Source: Pseudomonadota bacterium (lineage in GTDB: Bacteria > Pseudomonadota > Gammaproteobacteria > UBA4575). From it: DNA of 64,000 nt. The stretch spans positions 1,343 to 65,342 of the forward strand of contig JBCDBX010000003.1 in NCBI GenBank assembly GCA_039182865.1, read 5' to 3'. The position numbers and the translations under genes are program-made. This document shows positions 1 through 10,703 of the stretch, piece by piece (the stretch's first letter is position 1; each line of letters starts with the position of its first letter). A model generated the notes under the pieces. It was given only the letters and a program-made list of their open reading frames with translations, had not been told where the DNA came from and searched no databases.

Positions 1-240
1 ATTGGTGTAGCACAACCTACCTCTGTCTCAATCGATACATTTGGCACAGGGAAAATTAGTGATCGTGAAATTGAAGAGTTAGTTCTGCAGCACTTTGACT
101 TACGCCCTTATGGAATTCTTAGTATGCTCAATTTAAAGCGCCCAATCTATAAGGCTTCTGCCAGCTACGGACACTTCGGTCGAGATGAGAAAGAATTTAG
201 TTGGGAAGCAACAGATAAAGTTGATCAGTTACGTTCATAA
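1..240 (+). CDS. metK: S-adenosylmethionine synthetase, C-terminal fragment (5' part lies outside the window)
   Basis: Frame 1 is open from base 1 to TAA at 238-240. The translation ...[38 protein letters not shown]... matches the conserved MetK C-terminus. Confidence 0.85.
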   Translation: MGVAQPTSVSIDTFGTGKISDREIEELVLQHFDLRPYGILSMLNLKRPIYKASASYGHFGRDEKEFSWEATDKVDQLRS

Positions 241-270
241 ATACATATACATTACTTAGGAGCACATTAA

Positions 271-1584
271 ATGAGTATCCAAGCAGCAGAAAAAGCGACA
301 GAAGATTATAAAGTTGCAGATATCAGCTTAGCCGATTGGGGACGCAAAGAAATTGCGATTGCCGAGACTGAAATGCCAGGTTTAATGGCTTTGCGTAAAA
401 AATATGATGGCCAAAAACCATTGCAAGGAGCGCGCATTACCGGTTGTTTACATATGACGATTCAAACAGCCGTTCTCATTGAGACGCTTACAGCGCTTGG
501 CGCTGAAGTGCGTTGGTCTTCCTGTAACATTTTTTCAACGCAAGATCATGCTGCTGCGGCAATTGCGGCTCGTGGTGTTCCAGTATTTGCATGGAAAGGT
601 GAAACCGAAGAAGAATATGATTGGTGCATCGAACAAACTATTACCGGGCCCAATAATTGGGCACCAAATATCTTGCTTGATGATGGCGGTGACTTAACTA
701 AAGTCATGCATGAAAATTATCCCGAGATGCTCAAAGATGTTAAAGGTGTCTCAGAAGAGACCACTACAGGTGTTAAGCGTCTTTATGACATGATGGAAAG
801 TGGCGATTTACTAATTCCTGCTATCAATGTCAATGACTCTGTAACCAAATCTAAATTTGATAATTTATACGGCTGTCGTGAATCTTTAGTTGACGGTATC
901 AAACGCGCAACAGATGTGATGGTTGCAGGCAAGATTGCGCTAGTCTGTGGATATGGTGATGTCGGCAAAGGAAGCGCACAGTCATTACGTGGATTAGGTG
1001 CAACTGTCTGGATTACAGAGATTGACCCAATCTGTGCATTGCAGGCCGCAATGGAAGGTTATCGAGTTGTCACCACAGAAGAAGCATGTTCACAAGCAGA
1101 CATATTTGTGACGGCAACAGGTAATTACAATGTCATAAATCATGACCACATGGCCGCAATGAAAGACCAAGCTATAGTTTGTAACATTGGTCACTTTGAT
1201 AATGAGATCGATGTTGCGAGTTTAGAAAACTACCAATGGGAAGAAATAAAGCCGCAAGTTGACCATGTTATTTTCCCTGATGGTAAGCGCATTATCCTGC
1301 TTGCTAAAGGTCGTCTAGTAAACTTAGGTTGTGCAACAGGGCATCCTAGTTTTGTTATGTCGAATTCTTTCACCAACCAAGTACTCGCCCAATTAGATTT
1401 GTGGAATGCAGAAGGTCAGTATGAAAATAAAGTTTATGTGTTACCTAAGAATCTAGATGAAGAAGTGGCGAGACTACACCTTGGCCAAATTGGCGCGAAC
1501 CTCACGACTCTAACAGATGAACAAGCTAAATATATCGGTGTAGGTGTCGGCGGTCCTTACAAACCAGATCATTATCGTTACTAG
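271..1584 (+). CDS. ahcY: adenosylhomocysteinase (S-adenosyl-L-homocysteine hydrolase)
   Basis: 437-aa ORF with an AGGAG 8 nt upstream. It has the typical AhcY N-terminus ([24 protein letters not shown]) and the NAD-binding motif GYGDVGKG. Confidence 0.95.
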   Translation: MSIQAAEKATEDYKVADISLADWGRKEIAIAETEMPGLMALRKKYDGQKPLQGARITGCLHMTIQTAVLIETLTALGAEVRWSSCNIFSTQDHAAAAIAARGVPVFAWKGETEEEYDWCIEQTITGPNNWAPNILLDDGGDLTKVMHENYPEMLKDVKGVSEETTTGVKRLYDMMESGDLLIPAINVNDSVTKSKFDNLYGCRESLVDGIKRATDVMVAGKIALVCGYGDVGKGSAQSLRGLGATVWITEIDPICALQAAMEGYRVVTTEEACSQADIFVTATGNYNVINHDHMAAMKDQAIVCNIGHFDNEIDVASLENYQWEEIKPQVDHVIFPDGKRIILLAKGRLVNLGCATGHPSFVMSNSFTNQVLAQLDLWNAEGQYENKVYVLPKNLDEEVARLHLGQIGANLTTLTDEQAKYIGVGVGGPYKPDHYRY

Positions 1585-1596
1585 AAGTATCACACT

Positions 1597-1629
1597 TGAT
1601 TAGGCTCAATTATTTTTTGAGCCTAATCA
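1597..1629 (+). terminator. hairpin downstream of ahcY (putative terminator)
   Basis: 11-bp perfect inverted repeat TGATTAGGCTC / GAGCCTAATCA (1597-1607 and 1619-1629) with a T-rich loop. A T-run follows at about 1635. Confidence 0.5.
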
Positions 1630-1639
1630 GCTCCTTTTT

Positions 1640-2377
1640 ATGCGAATTCCCAGAATTTATACTCAAGCGAATTTGCATCATAATCAAAGCACTATAGTCA
1701 AAGCTCAAGCGCATAAACATATTAAAGATGTATTGCGCTTAAAAGTAAGCGATTCTATTATTTTATTTGACGGTAGTGGTTATGATTATCGCGGTAAAAT
1801 TACCGAGATAAATAAAGAATCTTTAAGCGTACTGTTAGAACAACAAATAAAAATAGAAAATGAGTCACCTCTAAAAATTCATTTACTACAGCCTCTTTGC
1901 CGCTCAGAAAAAATGGATTGGTGTATCCAAAAAGCTGTTGAACTAGGTGTTAGTAGGATTACACCCTACACTAGCTCGCGAACCAATATAAATATTCCAA
2001 ATAATCGCTTAAGCAAAAAATTAGAGCACTGGCACTCTGTTATTCAAAGTGCATGCGAGCAGAGCGGTCGAGCACTTTTACCTTCTCTTGAATCACCTAT
2101 TGATTTCAATACTGCTATTAATGAATTCTCTAGCGACTATCTAAAAGTCATTGCTTCACCTATAGCAAATCAAAATGAGATTAATTTAGTTGAAACCACA
2201 CCAGAGGAGTGTGTACTGGCTATTGGACCTGAAGGTGGATTTTCAGATCAAGAACTTAAACATGCAAGCAATGCAGAATTTATCGACTGCTTATTAGGCC
2301 CGAGAGTTCTACGTTTAGAAACAGCAGTAATTGCTGCACTTACCCTACTTCAAATAAAGCTAGGAGACTTGAATTAA
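1640..2377 (+). CDS. rsmE: 16S rRNA (uracil1498-N3)-methyltransferase RsmE family
   Basis: 245-aa ORF with an RsmE-like N-terminus (MRIPRIY...) and the C-terminal SPOUT motif GPEGGFS..E. Confidence 0.8.
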   Translation: MRIPRIYTQANLHHNQSTIVKAQAHKHIKDVLRLKVSDSIILFDGSGYDYRGKITEINKESLSVLLEQQIKIENESPLKIHLLQPLCRSEKMDWCIQKAVELGVSRITPYTSSRTNINIPNNRLSKKLEHWHSVIQSACEQSGRALLPSLESPIDFNTAINEFSSDYLKVIASPIANQNEINLVETTPEECVLAIGPEGGFSDQELKHASNAEFIDCLLGPRVLRLETAVIAALTLLQIKLGDLN

Positions 2378-2871
2378 GCAGTATGGCTAATAAGTTCTTG
2401 CTCATCCCAGATAGCATTTTCTAATTGATTAAAATCAAGAATATCTAACACACGAGAACCAATAGAAATAGAGTAATTTACCCAGTCCTGATCCTGCTCA
2501 ACCGCCAAATTATTGAGTGATTGCTCACCTAAAATAAGTGGCCTTGGAAACCCATCACAACGTACTGCATAAAATTGATTTTCCGAGTTTTGTTGTAAAG
2601 ATTTAATGATTGCAACTTTGGGTTTATACATTTCATTACTTTGAGCTTCACCTTGTATCAAAGTATCAATACATACAAGAGGCACTTGATTCTCTTGCCA
2701 TAAATAAAGACCAATTTTCCATGCCTTGGGGTTGTTTCTTGCAGGCAAATATAGTTCTTCATCCCAAGAAAGAATATCGACTACCATGACTTTAGGAACG
2801 AGTATTTCTTTATTGAATAAGCTAATCAATAAAACGCTCACGCTCACTTCTTGTGCTTGATTAGAATCCAT
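2374..2871 (-). CDS. chpC: CheW-like coupling protein, last gene of the Pil-Chp operon (ChpC-like)
   Basis: 165-aa ORF starting 13 nt downstream of chpA. It has CheW-like composition and sits in the chpC position of the Pseudomonas cluster. The call rests mainly on position. Confidence 0.55.
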   Translation of the reverse strand: MDSNQAQEVSVSVLLISLFNKEILVPKVMVVDILSWDEELYLPARNNPKAWKIGLYLWQENQVPLVCIDTLIQGEAQSNEMYKPKVAIIKSLQQNSENQFYAVRCDGFPRPLILGEQSLNNLAVEQDQDWVNYSISIGSRVLDILDFNQLENAIWDEQELISHTA

Positions 2872-2883
2872 ACTTAATATTTA

Positions 2884-5800
2884 TCACATTGCATTGATAC
2901 GATCGAGCAACTGAGACTCATTATATGGTTTACCTAAATATCCATTGACACCGATATCTAATGCGCGATTACGATGTTTATTCCCAGTGCGTGACGTTAT
3001 CATCACTATAGGTACTTCAGACAATCTCTCATCTTTACGAATTTGCGTGGCTAACTCATAGCCATCCATACGTGGCATTTCAATATCTAACAACACAACT
3101 TTAGGAATAAAATTTTGTAGCTTTTGCAAAGCATCAACGCCATCCTTCGCAGTTACTACTTTAAAATTATTTCGTTCCAAGAATCTTGTAGTTACTTTTC
3201 TAATAGTAATTGAATCGTCAACCACCATAATGGTTGGCTCCTCATTACTCTGTCTTGAATCGGATAATGTCAAATTATTCTTGGATTGCACCTGTGTTAG
3301 TCGTGCTATCCAAGACATATCGATAATTAAGGCGACTTTTCCATCACCCATTACGGTTGCACCAGATACGCCCTGTGCATTTATTAAATGTGAAGCTAGC
3401 GGTTTAACAACAATCTCTTTATTACCAAGTGATGTATCAACTTGTAATGCTAATTGCTGTTCGCCCAGGCGTACTAATATTACCGGATAAGTTGAGATAG
3501 TATTGTCCAAGTAAACCTCGCCACCCTGCAACAAGCTTGCAAGATTGTGTAATTTATAATCTTGGCCTGCATAGACATAGCTTGCTTGTTCATTTGAATA
3601 AATTTCTTTTAATTCATTTGTAGGAATTTGTACGACACCCTCAATTCCAGAGAGTGTTAACGCATATGTTTCTTTAGCTGCCTTCACGAGCAAGACCTGA
3701 CTTACCGCTAAAGTGAAAGGTAGGTGTAAAATAAACTTCGCCCCTTTACCCTTATTAGACTGAATTTCTACATTCCCTCCCAAATGTCGCACATCTTTAT
3801 CAACGACATCCATACCAACTCCACGACCAGCCACTTTTGTCACTTTATCAGCTGTACTTAAGCCCGATTTGAATATTAGTTGTAAAATCTGACCTTCAGT
3901 TAATTCTTCATTCTTTTTAATTAAGTCATTTTCAACGGCTTTAGCTCTAATCTTATCTACATCAATGCCAGAGCCATCGTCTTCGATCACTAATTTAATT
4001 TCTGAGCCTTCACGACCAATTTGGATAACAATTTTGCCTTGTTCTGGTTTGTCACTTTGTTTTCTAATTTGTGGGGATTCAATTCCGTGACCAATACTGT
4101 TTCTCAAAATATGTTCAATTGAACTTAAAATGCCATTTAACACACGACGGTCTATTTCTATCTCTCCACCCTCGATTACCAATTCGACATTCTTGCTCAA
4201 TTCACTTGATGTTTGTCGCACAATTCTTTGCAGTCTCTGCTCAATAGTATTGAACTTGACCATACGAATTCTTAATAAATTATCTTGCAGATGGCTAGTA
4301 AGGACTTTCTGTCTGATTAGCACATCCTCACCTTCTTGCATTTGATTTAAAAAAGTATCTTTAATGTTCTGCAAATCATCCATACTCTCCGCTAAAGATC
4401 TAGATAGCTGTTGAATATTTGAGTATCGATCCATCTCTAGGGGATCAAATTCGGGTGTGTTTTGCTGTTCTTCTGAATGCTTAAATAAAATTTGCGCCTC
4501 AGTTTCCATTTCTAATTCACGCAGGCGCTCTCGTATACGGCCAATTGTTTGCTCAAACTCTGACGCATTTTGATTAAATGATTCAAATAACTGATCAAGA
4601 TGAGAGCGCTGGATACTTACTTCACCAGCATCATTCACTAATCCATCTAATACTTCTGCTTGAACACGAACAACTTCGCGCCTTGCCTTGTTTGTTATTT
4701 TATCTTCAGCTTTAAACTCAATAAGATTTTCACGCTCAGTTTCAGATGATGTCGTGTGCTTAGATACCTCATCATCATTGGCCAGGTTCGAAATTTCAAT
4801 TTCAACTGGAGGTACTGCATTTACTTCAAATTCGCTTTGTTTGGCAGTATTGTTTTCTACAAGCTTATTACTAACTTTTTCCTTATCAATGGTCTTCGAA
4901 ATAACTTCGTCATACTTGTTATCGCTAACTAGCAGAATCTTATTCACTAGAGCATCATCAAGAAATATATTCTGGCCTTTATGAGCTGCATCGATATTAG
5001 TATGAATGTTATCGATAACGTTCTGTAATATTGATAATGTCAAATCATTAAGCGCGACTTTGTTATCTACCATTGAGACTAATAGATTTTCTGATATATG
5101 ACTTAATTCACCAATGGTGAAGTAACCAGCCATTCTCGAACTACCCTTCAAAGTATGGAATTGTCTACGCAATTCAGACAAGGCTTCAATGTTTTGGTTA
5201 TTGCTCTTGAGTTTTTGAATCGCCGATTGGCATGAGCTCAGAGCATCTTCGGCTTCCTCAAAGAATATTTCACTCAGCTCCTGATCTACACTTGAATGAA
5301 CATCAACCATAGAAGGCTTTGAAATTTCATCATTCAGATTATCAGATTGCTTTTCATTGTCTGCCAAGTTTTCTAGTAGCTCTTTATTAAGCTTATCTAA
5401 AGAATCTAGAAGACTTTCATCTGGTTCACTTAGCGGAACAATATTTTCTAGTTTCTGCAAATCATCCTTCAACTGCTTGACAGTCTCTCGAATGAATTTT
5501 TCCTGATTGACTTCCAAGGCTACTTGATTTTTGACTACTGTAGAAACGACATTCTCTAAACCTCGACATAAATCTGAAACTTGTGTCACACCTGCCGTTT
5601 GTGCACTACCTGCTATCGTATGAAGTGTTCTTAACAAGTCCTGCTCAATCAAAGTATCAAATGAAATATTTTTTCCTTGATTAATGGCTTCTTGCATCAC
5701 CAAAACATGTTGTCCTGCTTCTTTAGCAAAGATACTGGTTAGTTCATCTTGCAAGGTATCTAGTGATTCTTCTTGAAGGTCAAGGTTAGCCGCATCTGAC

Positions 5801-8193
5801 TGTTGTTGTTCTATAATGTTATGACTAGTCTGTTGCACTTGATCAATTAGCTTATCAAGCTCAAATTCATAATCAGTAAAAGGGTTCTTGAGTTGTTTTA
5901 TTAATTTATAACCTGTTTTAATACCTTGCTGAATTATTAACTGTGTGTTTTTAGAAATAGGATCTTTTGTACCTAAACACTTATTACATAAGTTTTCGTA
6001 CTCCCAGGAGAATTCTGCAAGAATTTCCGCTCCCACAAGTCGTCCACTACCTTTGAGCGTATGGAACCCTCTACGCATATTAGTAAAGCTTTCCCAGTCG
6101 TCTTGGTTCATTCTCCAAGTTTGCCAATTCTTCTTCATCGAATGAATTGCTTCTTCTGCTTCTTCAATAAATGTCTGAACTAACGCCGATTCTGCATTTT
6201 CAGAGAGCATTACCAATTCTTTATCACTATCCTTATTTTGTGAAGATTCTTGGATACAAACTTCAACATGATTGTCTATCGACTCTATTTCACCACTATG
6301 CTTAACATCTACATTAATATCTGGTAATGAATCGATATCTTTCGTCAACTGGTCCATGCTGTATTCTTCATCCACCGAGAATTCTGCATGCGATGAACGT
6401 ACATCACTAGTTTCTTCCATCAGTGAACTACTGAAATCAATATCCACCTGAGAGTCCTTTTCACCTTGAGTAATAGGTTCTTGAAGAATCTCTTCACTGA
6501 CCTTATCTAATGCTTGCAAAGCAAAACTACCATATTCCAATATCTGGTTAGCATAAGGTACCTGGTCATGGATCTGTTCAAAGTAACATTGTAATGAAAC
6601 GACACAATCTGCAAGATTGCTAATGCGCCCATTGTTTTGTTTGATATCATCCTGGAATTGTTTTGATAACAGGTAATTCTCAATCCCTTTAAGCAATTGG
6701 CTTGGTATAGAATTTTCCGTGATATCTAATACGCCCGATATTTCTTTTATATTGTGAATTACTAAGTTGTACTGATTATCATCAAAAGAAACCTTGATCA
6801 TTTCAGAGAGCAATTCTTTTACTTGCTCTAGTTTTAGCAATATCTCACTCAGTGCAATTTTATAAGCGACTTCATGTTCACTTGAGACTGATTCTATATT
6901 CGAAGACGTTTGCAATTTATTAGAATCACTAAAATTGATCCTATATTCGATAAAGTTATTAATACATGTTTCTATTTCCAAAACAACTTCTGATATACCA
7001 AGTAATCCTAGGTCTATATCTTCATGCTGGCCTTGTAATATTAGGCTTGCTTCTTGTATTTGACTCTCGACCTTAGTGGTATACTCATCAATACCTATCA
7101 TCGCTAAAGTATCACTAATTTTTTTCAATCCAGAGAACAATTTTTCAATATACTGAGCTTCACTCTTATTGCTATGCAAATAGAGCTCGATACAATCTTT
7201 TGCTGCTGCTATATCTTCTATTAAAGCTTTAGAGACAGTAATTAATACTTCGCCAGAAGGGGCACTGATCAGCCTGTCTAAATCATCTAATTCATTTTGC
7301 TGTGGAACTTGCTCATTTAATGCAAAGGCTTCTTTAACCTGATTGACAATTCGACCTCGACTATCGGAGATTGCAACATAATATAGAATATTTCTTACCA
7401 AGCTTTCATCTATTTGATTGATGAAATTTTTCTCGCCATACTCAACTAACGTTTTAATCTGCTTATCTAGCGCACTGAATAATGATGCTATGCTTGCATT
7501 AAATTCTACTGCATTAATAGCTACAGCTTGTGCTAGCGCACTCCCAAGCCACCAAATCTTTTGTGCCTCTTGAGTATCACTGGCTCGTTGTAGCCTTATC
7601 AATAATTTGCATAGCTGTGCGGCTGGTGTAGATATATCTTTTTCGTTAACACATGCTAGCAATGTTTTTTGATAGTTAGAGCGAATAATACTTACCCAAA
7701 CACTGGTGGCTTCTTCTTTTTTATTGGATATAATCTCTGGCGATGGAACACCATCGATGTTTGGAAAGAATAGAACACTCTCCGAAATTAGCACATCTCC
7801 TCTTGATGCGCGCAGATCATTGAGTAATGGCATTAAAACTAGAGGAATATCTTTATGTCCTGCTTCAACATATTCCAAATAGCCATCGAGTCTTACTATA
7901 GCGCTTGAAATAACATCTTGAGCCTCTTCTAGAAGATCGATTTTACCCTCAAGCAAACTCTCTATGACTTTAATAATTTCATTACATAGCAAAACACCGC
8001 CATGTATTTGCATAATAAGCAATGTATTAGACGTCTGCCTTAATACTCTCACTGCCTTTTTGAGATTTAATAAACTAGCATTATCTTCAATATAAATTTG
8101 AATATTTTCGCGTGCTTCTGTGATTAGCGCATCGACTTCAACTTTTGAAGCGATGACCGCACGTTGTTCAAGAGCTTGTAGGACTCGACGCAT
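2884..8193 (-). CDS. chpA: multi-Hpt hybrid histidine kinase ChpA/PilL (CheA-type) of the type IV pilus chemosensory system
   Basis: 1769 aa. It has three canonical Hpt motifs (FHTLKGSGRLVGA, LHTIAGSAQTAG, FHTLKGSSRMAGY) plus degenerate Hpt-like repeats near the N-terminus. HATPase boxes are present (HILRNSIGHGIE, DDGSGID, GRGVGMDVV), followed by a CheW-like domain and a C-terminal receiver (MVVDDS...LLDIEMPRMDG). Confidence 0.93.
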   Translation of the reverse strand: MRRVLQALEQRAVIASKVEVDALITEARENIQIYIEDNASLLNLKKAVRVLRQTSNTLLIMQIHGGVLLCNEIIKVIESLLEGKIDLLEEAQDVISSAIVRLDGYLEYVEAGHKDIPLVLMPLLNDLRASRGDVLISESVLFFPNIDGVPSPEIISNKKEEATSVWVSIIRSNYQKTLLACVNEKDISTPAAQLCKLLIRLQRASDTQEAQKIWWLGSALAQAVAINAVEFNASIASLFSALDKQIKTLVEYGEKNFINQIDESLVRNILYYVAISDSRGRIVNQVKEAFALNEQVPQQNELDDLDRLISAPSGEVLITVSKALIEDIAAAKDCIELYLHSNKSEAQYIEKLFSGLKKISDTLAMIGIDEYTTKVESQIQEASLILQGQHEDIDLGLLGISEVVLEIETCINNFIEYRINFSDSNKLQTSSNIESVSSEHEVAYKIALSEILLKLEQVKELLSEMIKVSFDDNQYNLVIHNIKEISGVLDITENSIPSQLLKGIENYLLSKQFQDDIKQNNGRISNLADCVVSLQCYFEQIHDQVPYANQILEYGSFALQALDKVSEEILQEPITQGEKDSQVDIDFSSSLMEETSDVRSSHAEFSVDEEYSMDQLTKDIDSLPDINVDVKHSGEIESIDNHVEVCIQESSQNKDSDKELVMLSENAESALVQTFIEEAEEAIHSMKKNWQTWRMNQDDWESFTNMRRGFHTLKGSGRLVGAEILAEFSWEYENLCNKCLGTKDPISKNTQLIIQQGIKTGYKLIKQLKNPFTDYEFELDKLIDQVQQTSHNIIEQQQSDAANLDLQEESLDTLQDELTSIFAKEAGQHVLVMQEAINQGKNISFDTLIEQDLLRTLHTIAGSAQTAGVTQVSDLCRGLENVVSTVVKNQVALEVNQEKFIRETVKQLKDDLQKLENIVPLSEPDESLLDSLDKLNKELLENLADNEKQSDNLNDEISKPSMVDVHSSVDQELSEIFFEEAEDALSSCQSAIQKLKSNNQNIEALSELRRQFHTLKGSSRMAGYFTIGELSHISENLLVSMVDNKVALNDLTLSILQNVIDNIHTNIDAAHKGQNIFLDDALVNKILLVSDNKYDEVISKTIDKEKVSNKLVENNTAKQSEFEVNAVPPVEIEISNLANDDEVSKHTTSSETERENLIEFKAEDKITNKARREVVRVQAEVLDGLVNDAGEVSIQRSHLDQLFESFNQNASEFEQTIGRIRERLRELEMETEAQILFKHSEEQQNTPEFDPLEMDRYSNIQQLSRSLAESMDDLQNIKDTFLNQMQEGEDVLIRQKVLTSHLQDNLLRIRMVKFNTIEQRLQRIVRQTSSELSKNVELVIEGGEIEIDRRVLNGILSSIEHILRNSIGHGIESPQIRKQSDKPEQGKIVIQIGREGSEIKLVIEDDGSGIDVDKIRAKAVENDLIKKNEELTEGQILQLIFKSGLSTADKVTKVAGRGVGMDVVDKDVRHLGGNVEIQSNKGKGAKFILHLPFTLAVSQVLLVKAAKETYALTLSGIEGVVQIPTNELKEIYSNEQASYVYAGQDYKLHNLASLLQGGEVYLDNTISTYPVILVRLGEQQLALQVDTSLGNKEIVVKPLASHLINAQGVSGATVMGDGKVALIIDMSWIARLTQVQSKNNLTLSDSRQSNEEPTIMVVDDSITIRKVTTRFLERNNFKVVTAKDGVDALQKLQNFIPKVVLLDIEMPRMDGYELATQIRKDERLSEVPIVMITSRTGNKHRNRALDIGVNGYLGKPYNESQLLDRINAM

Positions 8194-8232
8194 AATTATT
8201 TCCAGTTATTACAATAATTCACGCATTCTTAC

Positions 8233-9555
8233 TTAAGAGGCCATTTGATGTTCGATTGATTCTACCTCTTCAATCGTCTGCTCATGGCTTGGAAGTTTGA
8301 ATCCTGACACGGATTTTTTAAGGCCATGAGATAAAACAGTTAATTCACTTACTGAACTAGCAGTCTTACTCGCACTATCTGATGATTGAGCAGTGATATC
8401 TTGAATAACATTCATTGTGGAGGTTATATTTGATGCTGCACTAGATTGTCGTGAAGAAGCCGTTGATATATTTTGAATCAATCCACTTAAATTGACAGAT
8501 ACTGATTCAATTTCCGAAAGTGCTTCACCTGCATCTTCTGCCAGTTTTGCTCCATTGACAACATTAGTTGTACTTTGCTCCATAGACGAAACCGCTTCAT
8601 TAATATCACTTTGAATTGTTTTAACTAATGCTTCAATTTGTTTGGTCGCATTACCCGCTCTCTCAGCAAGTCTCTGGACTTCATCAGCGACAACTGCAAA
8701 ACCACGACCCGCTTCACCAGCACTTGATGCTTGAATAGCTGCATTTAATGCAAGGATGTTTGTTTGATCTGCAATTTCATCAATTAGTCCAACGATATTC
8801 CCAATTTCCTGAGAACTTTCTCCTAGTCGTTTAATTCGTTTAGAGGTTTCTTGTATTTGTTCTCTAATATTATCCATACCATCGATAGTACGACTTACAG
8901 TTTGAGCACCTTTATGAGCAATATCTACCGACTTTTGAGCGACCTCTGCGGAGGTGTTAGCATTCTTAGAAACATGCTGAACCGATGATGCCATTTCATT
9001 TATAGCAGAGGTGACATTAGCAATTTCACGTGATTGTGACTCACTAGAATTAGTTAATTGACGAGTAATTTCCTGAGTCTGCACAGCAGCCTGGGATACT
9101 TTAACAGCAGTTTTATTGATAGTTGTAACTAGATTACGTAAAGCGTCAATTGAGAAGTTGACTGAATCTGCAATTGCACCTGTGATGTCTTCAGTCACAG
9201 TAGTATGTACAGTCAAATCACCTTCAGCTAGGTTTGTCATCTCGTCTAAGAGTAACAAAATTGCTTGTTGGTTTCTTTTATTTTGCTCATCAATAGCAAG
9301 TAGTTGTTTTTTTACTTTTTCACTCCAGCGTCTACTAAAAACGTAAAACGCTGTGATTGATAACACTCCAACTCCAAGCGCTACAGCAACAATCATATTT
9401 AATTGTTCAGGATTAAATAAAGAAGGCATCCATACTGCTGCTGATACTAGGCTTAACGAAATAACAACACCTGCAGATAGGCACAGCATGATGGTTATCG
9501 CAGCGCGATCTTTATCTCCAATTGTATTGCGTGGAATAATTTTTGGTACTGCCAT
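8233..9555 (-). CDS. pilJ: methyl-accepting chemotaxis protein PilJ, short form without a periplasmic domain
   Basis: 440 aa. Two N-terminal TM helices are separated by only about 6-8 residues (…[17 protein letters not shown]…). The highly conserved MCP signalling hairpin is present ([41 protein letters not shown]). GGAGG lies upstream of the ATG. Confidence 0.9.
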   Translation of the reverse strand: MAVPKIIPRNTIGDKDRAAITIMLCLSAGVVISLSLVSAAVWMPSLFNPEQLNMIVAVALGVGVLSITAFYVFSRRWSEKVKKQLLAIDEQNKRNQQAILLLLDEMTNLAEGDLTVHTTVTEDITGAIADSVNFSIDALRNLVTTINKTAVKVSQAAVQTQEITRQLTNSSESQSREIANVTSAINEMASSVQHVSKNANTSAEVAQKSVDIAHKGAQTVSRTIDGMDNIREQIQETSKRIKRLGESSQEIGNIVGLIDEIADQTNILALNAAIQASSAGEAGRGFAVVADEVQRLAERAGNATKQIEALVKTIQSDINEAVSSMEQSTTNVVNGAKLAEDAGEALSEIESVSVNLSGLIQNISTASSRQSSAASNITSTMNVIQDITAQSSDSASKTASSVSELTVLSHGLKKSVSGFKLPSHEQTIEEVESIEHQMAS

Positions 9556-9764
9556 CCTTAACCTCCAAAACCACTTTTAAATAGGCGGGCTCTCTTTGCT
9601 TCAAATATCCATTTGCTAAACATGCTAACCCATAGAATTTACTTACTTTTTTACAATAACTTTGTACTGTCTATTTTCACCTGAAGCGTAAAAAGACGTG
9701 AAGCCTCTCATCACTTGATCTAAGGCTTTGATCGGTTTGGGTAGAAAAATGTCATTAATGCAAA

Positions 9765-10301
9765 CTAATTCAGAGTTTTCTGAGCGTCATAAATACTTTT
9801 GTCTTGAAGAATTGCATGGATATCACATATGCCATAGTAAGTGTCATTTAGGTAATAAACTCCTGTCATAAACTCAGTAACCGCACTATCCCAATGCGCA
9901 GGATAACTATTCCTTTTCTCATGCTCACTTATATTTAAAATACCCATCACCTGATCGACAACCACCCCTAAATATAAGGACCGATTTTTATTGGTGATTA
10001 CACGATGATTACTTAACCTTTTTACTGGATCAGAATTAAAAAGAAAGTTTTTCAAATCAACCAAGGTTAATAGCTCACCACGATGACTAGCAACACCAAC
10101 TAACCAAGGACGAGAAATTGGTACTGAGGCATAATCAATTGTCATTAGCACTTCTGTTGAATTATCTAACGGCAAAAGAAAGTCATACTGGCCCACCTTA
10201 AAGTGTAATGTTTGAATTGATTGGCTAGCTTCAGATAATGGTGCACTAGGGTTGGATGTAAATTTTTGATCTAGCTCTTGTAAATAATTAAATGCAGACA
10301 T
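9765..10301 (-). CDS. pilI: CheW-like protein PilI
   Basis: 178-aa ORF between pilH and pilJ with a CheW-fold-like sequence (…WLVGVASHRGELLTLVDL…). Its position matches pilI. Confidence 0.8.
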   Translation of the reverse strand: MSAFNYLQELDQKFTSNPSAPLSEASQSIQTLHFKVGQYDFLLPLDNSTEVLMTIDYASVPISRPWLVGVASHRGELLTLVDLKNFLFNSDPVKRLSNHRVITNKNRSLYLGVVVDQVMGILNISEHEKRNSYPAHWDSAVTEFMTGVYYLNDTYYGICDIHAILQDKSIYDAQKTLN

Positions 10302-10312
10302 AGTTAATCAGA

Positions 10313-10675
10313 CTAGCAAACTATGAAGTTTTTAATTGACTCTAATAAACGCTTTCCATTTACAGGTTTAGTGATATAAGCCTTAGCACCTTGCCTACTC
10401 GCCCATACTTGATCGGTTTTTTCGCTTTTTTGACTGACCATTACTACTGGTATTGCCGAAGTCTCTGGCGTTCTGGACAGTGAACGCGTTGCTTGAAATC
10501 CATTCATGCCAGGCATGACTACATCCATAAGAATAAGATCTGGCTTGTTGGATTTAGCCATCTCTATCCCTTGCTCACCACTTTCAGCCAGACTTATGTC
10601 ATAGCCCACACCCACTAATAAGCTTTTCAAAAAGTGTCGCTCGGTTGGTGAATCATCAATGATTAATATATGTGC
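10313..10675 (-). CDS. pilH: single-domain response regulator PilH
   Basis: MAHILIIDDSPTE...LMDVVMPGMNGFQATR...TKP is near-colinear with Pseudomonas PilH. I place the start at the internal ATG (10675), not at the ORF-track start (10741), which would overlap pilG. Confidence 0.9.
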   Translation of the reverse strand, partial: AHILIIDDSPTERHFLKSLLVGVGYDISLAESGEQGIEMAKSNKPDLILMDVVMPGMNGFQATRSLSRTPETSAIPVVMVSQKSEKTDQVWASRQGAKAYITKPVNGKRLLESIKNFIVC

Positions 10676-10703
10676 CATATACTTTCCTGCTAAATTCTTT
10701 ATT

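Noticed and set aside
241-270. SAH riboswitch expected upstream of ahcY
   Set aside because: The intergenic gap is only 30 nt, too short for the ~80-nt element.
479-968. Short ORFs overlapping ahcY (479-697 +, 783-968 -)
   Set aside because: They are embedded in the highly conserved ahcY reading frame and have no independent signals.
3230-6145. ORF-track entries on the plus strand inside chpA (3230-3490, 4130-4345, 4688-4984, 5945-6145)
   Set aside because: They lie entirely antisense to a well-supported 1769-aa kinase gene. Their translations are low-complexity Ser/Leu/Phe-rich with no SD, as expected by chance for the antisense frame of an AT-rich gene.
9556-9764. 22-codon ORF (MRGFTSFYASGENRQYKVIVKK) on the minus strand in the pilI-pilJ spacer
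   Set aside because: It has no SD and no recognisable family, and it is too short to support from sequence alone.
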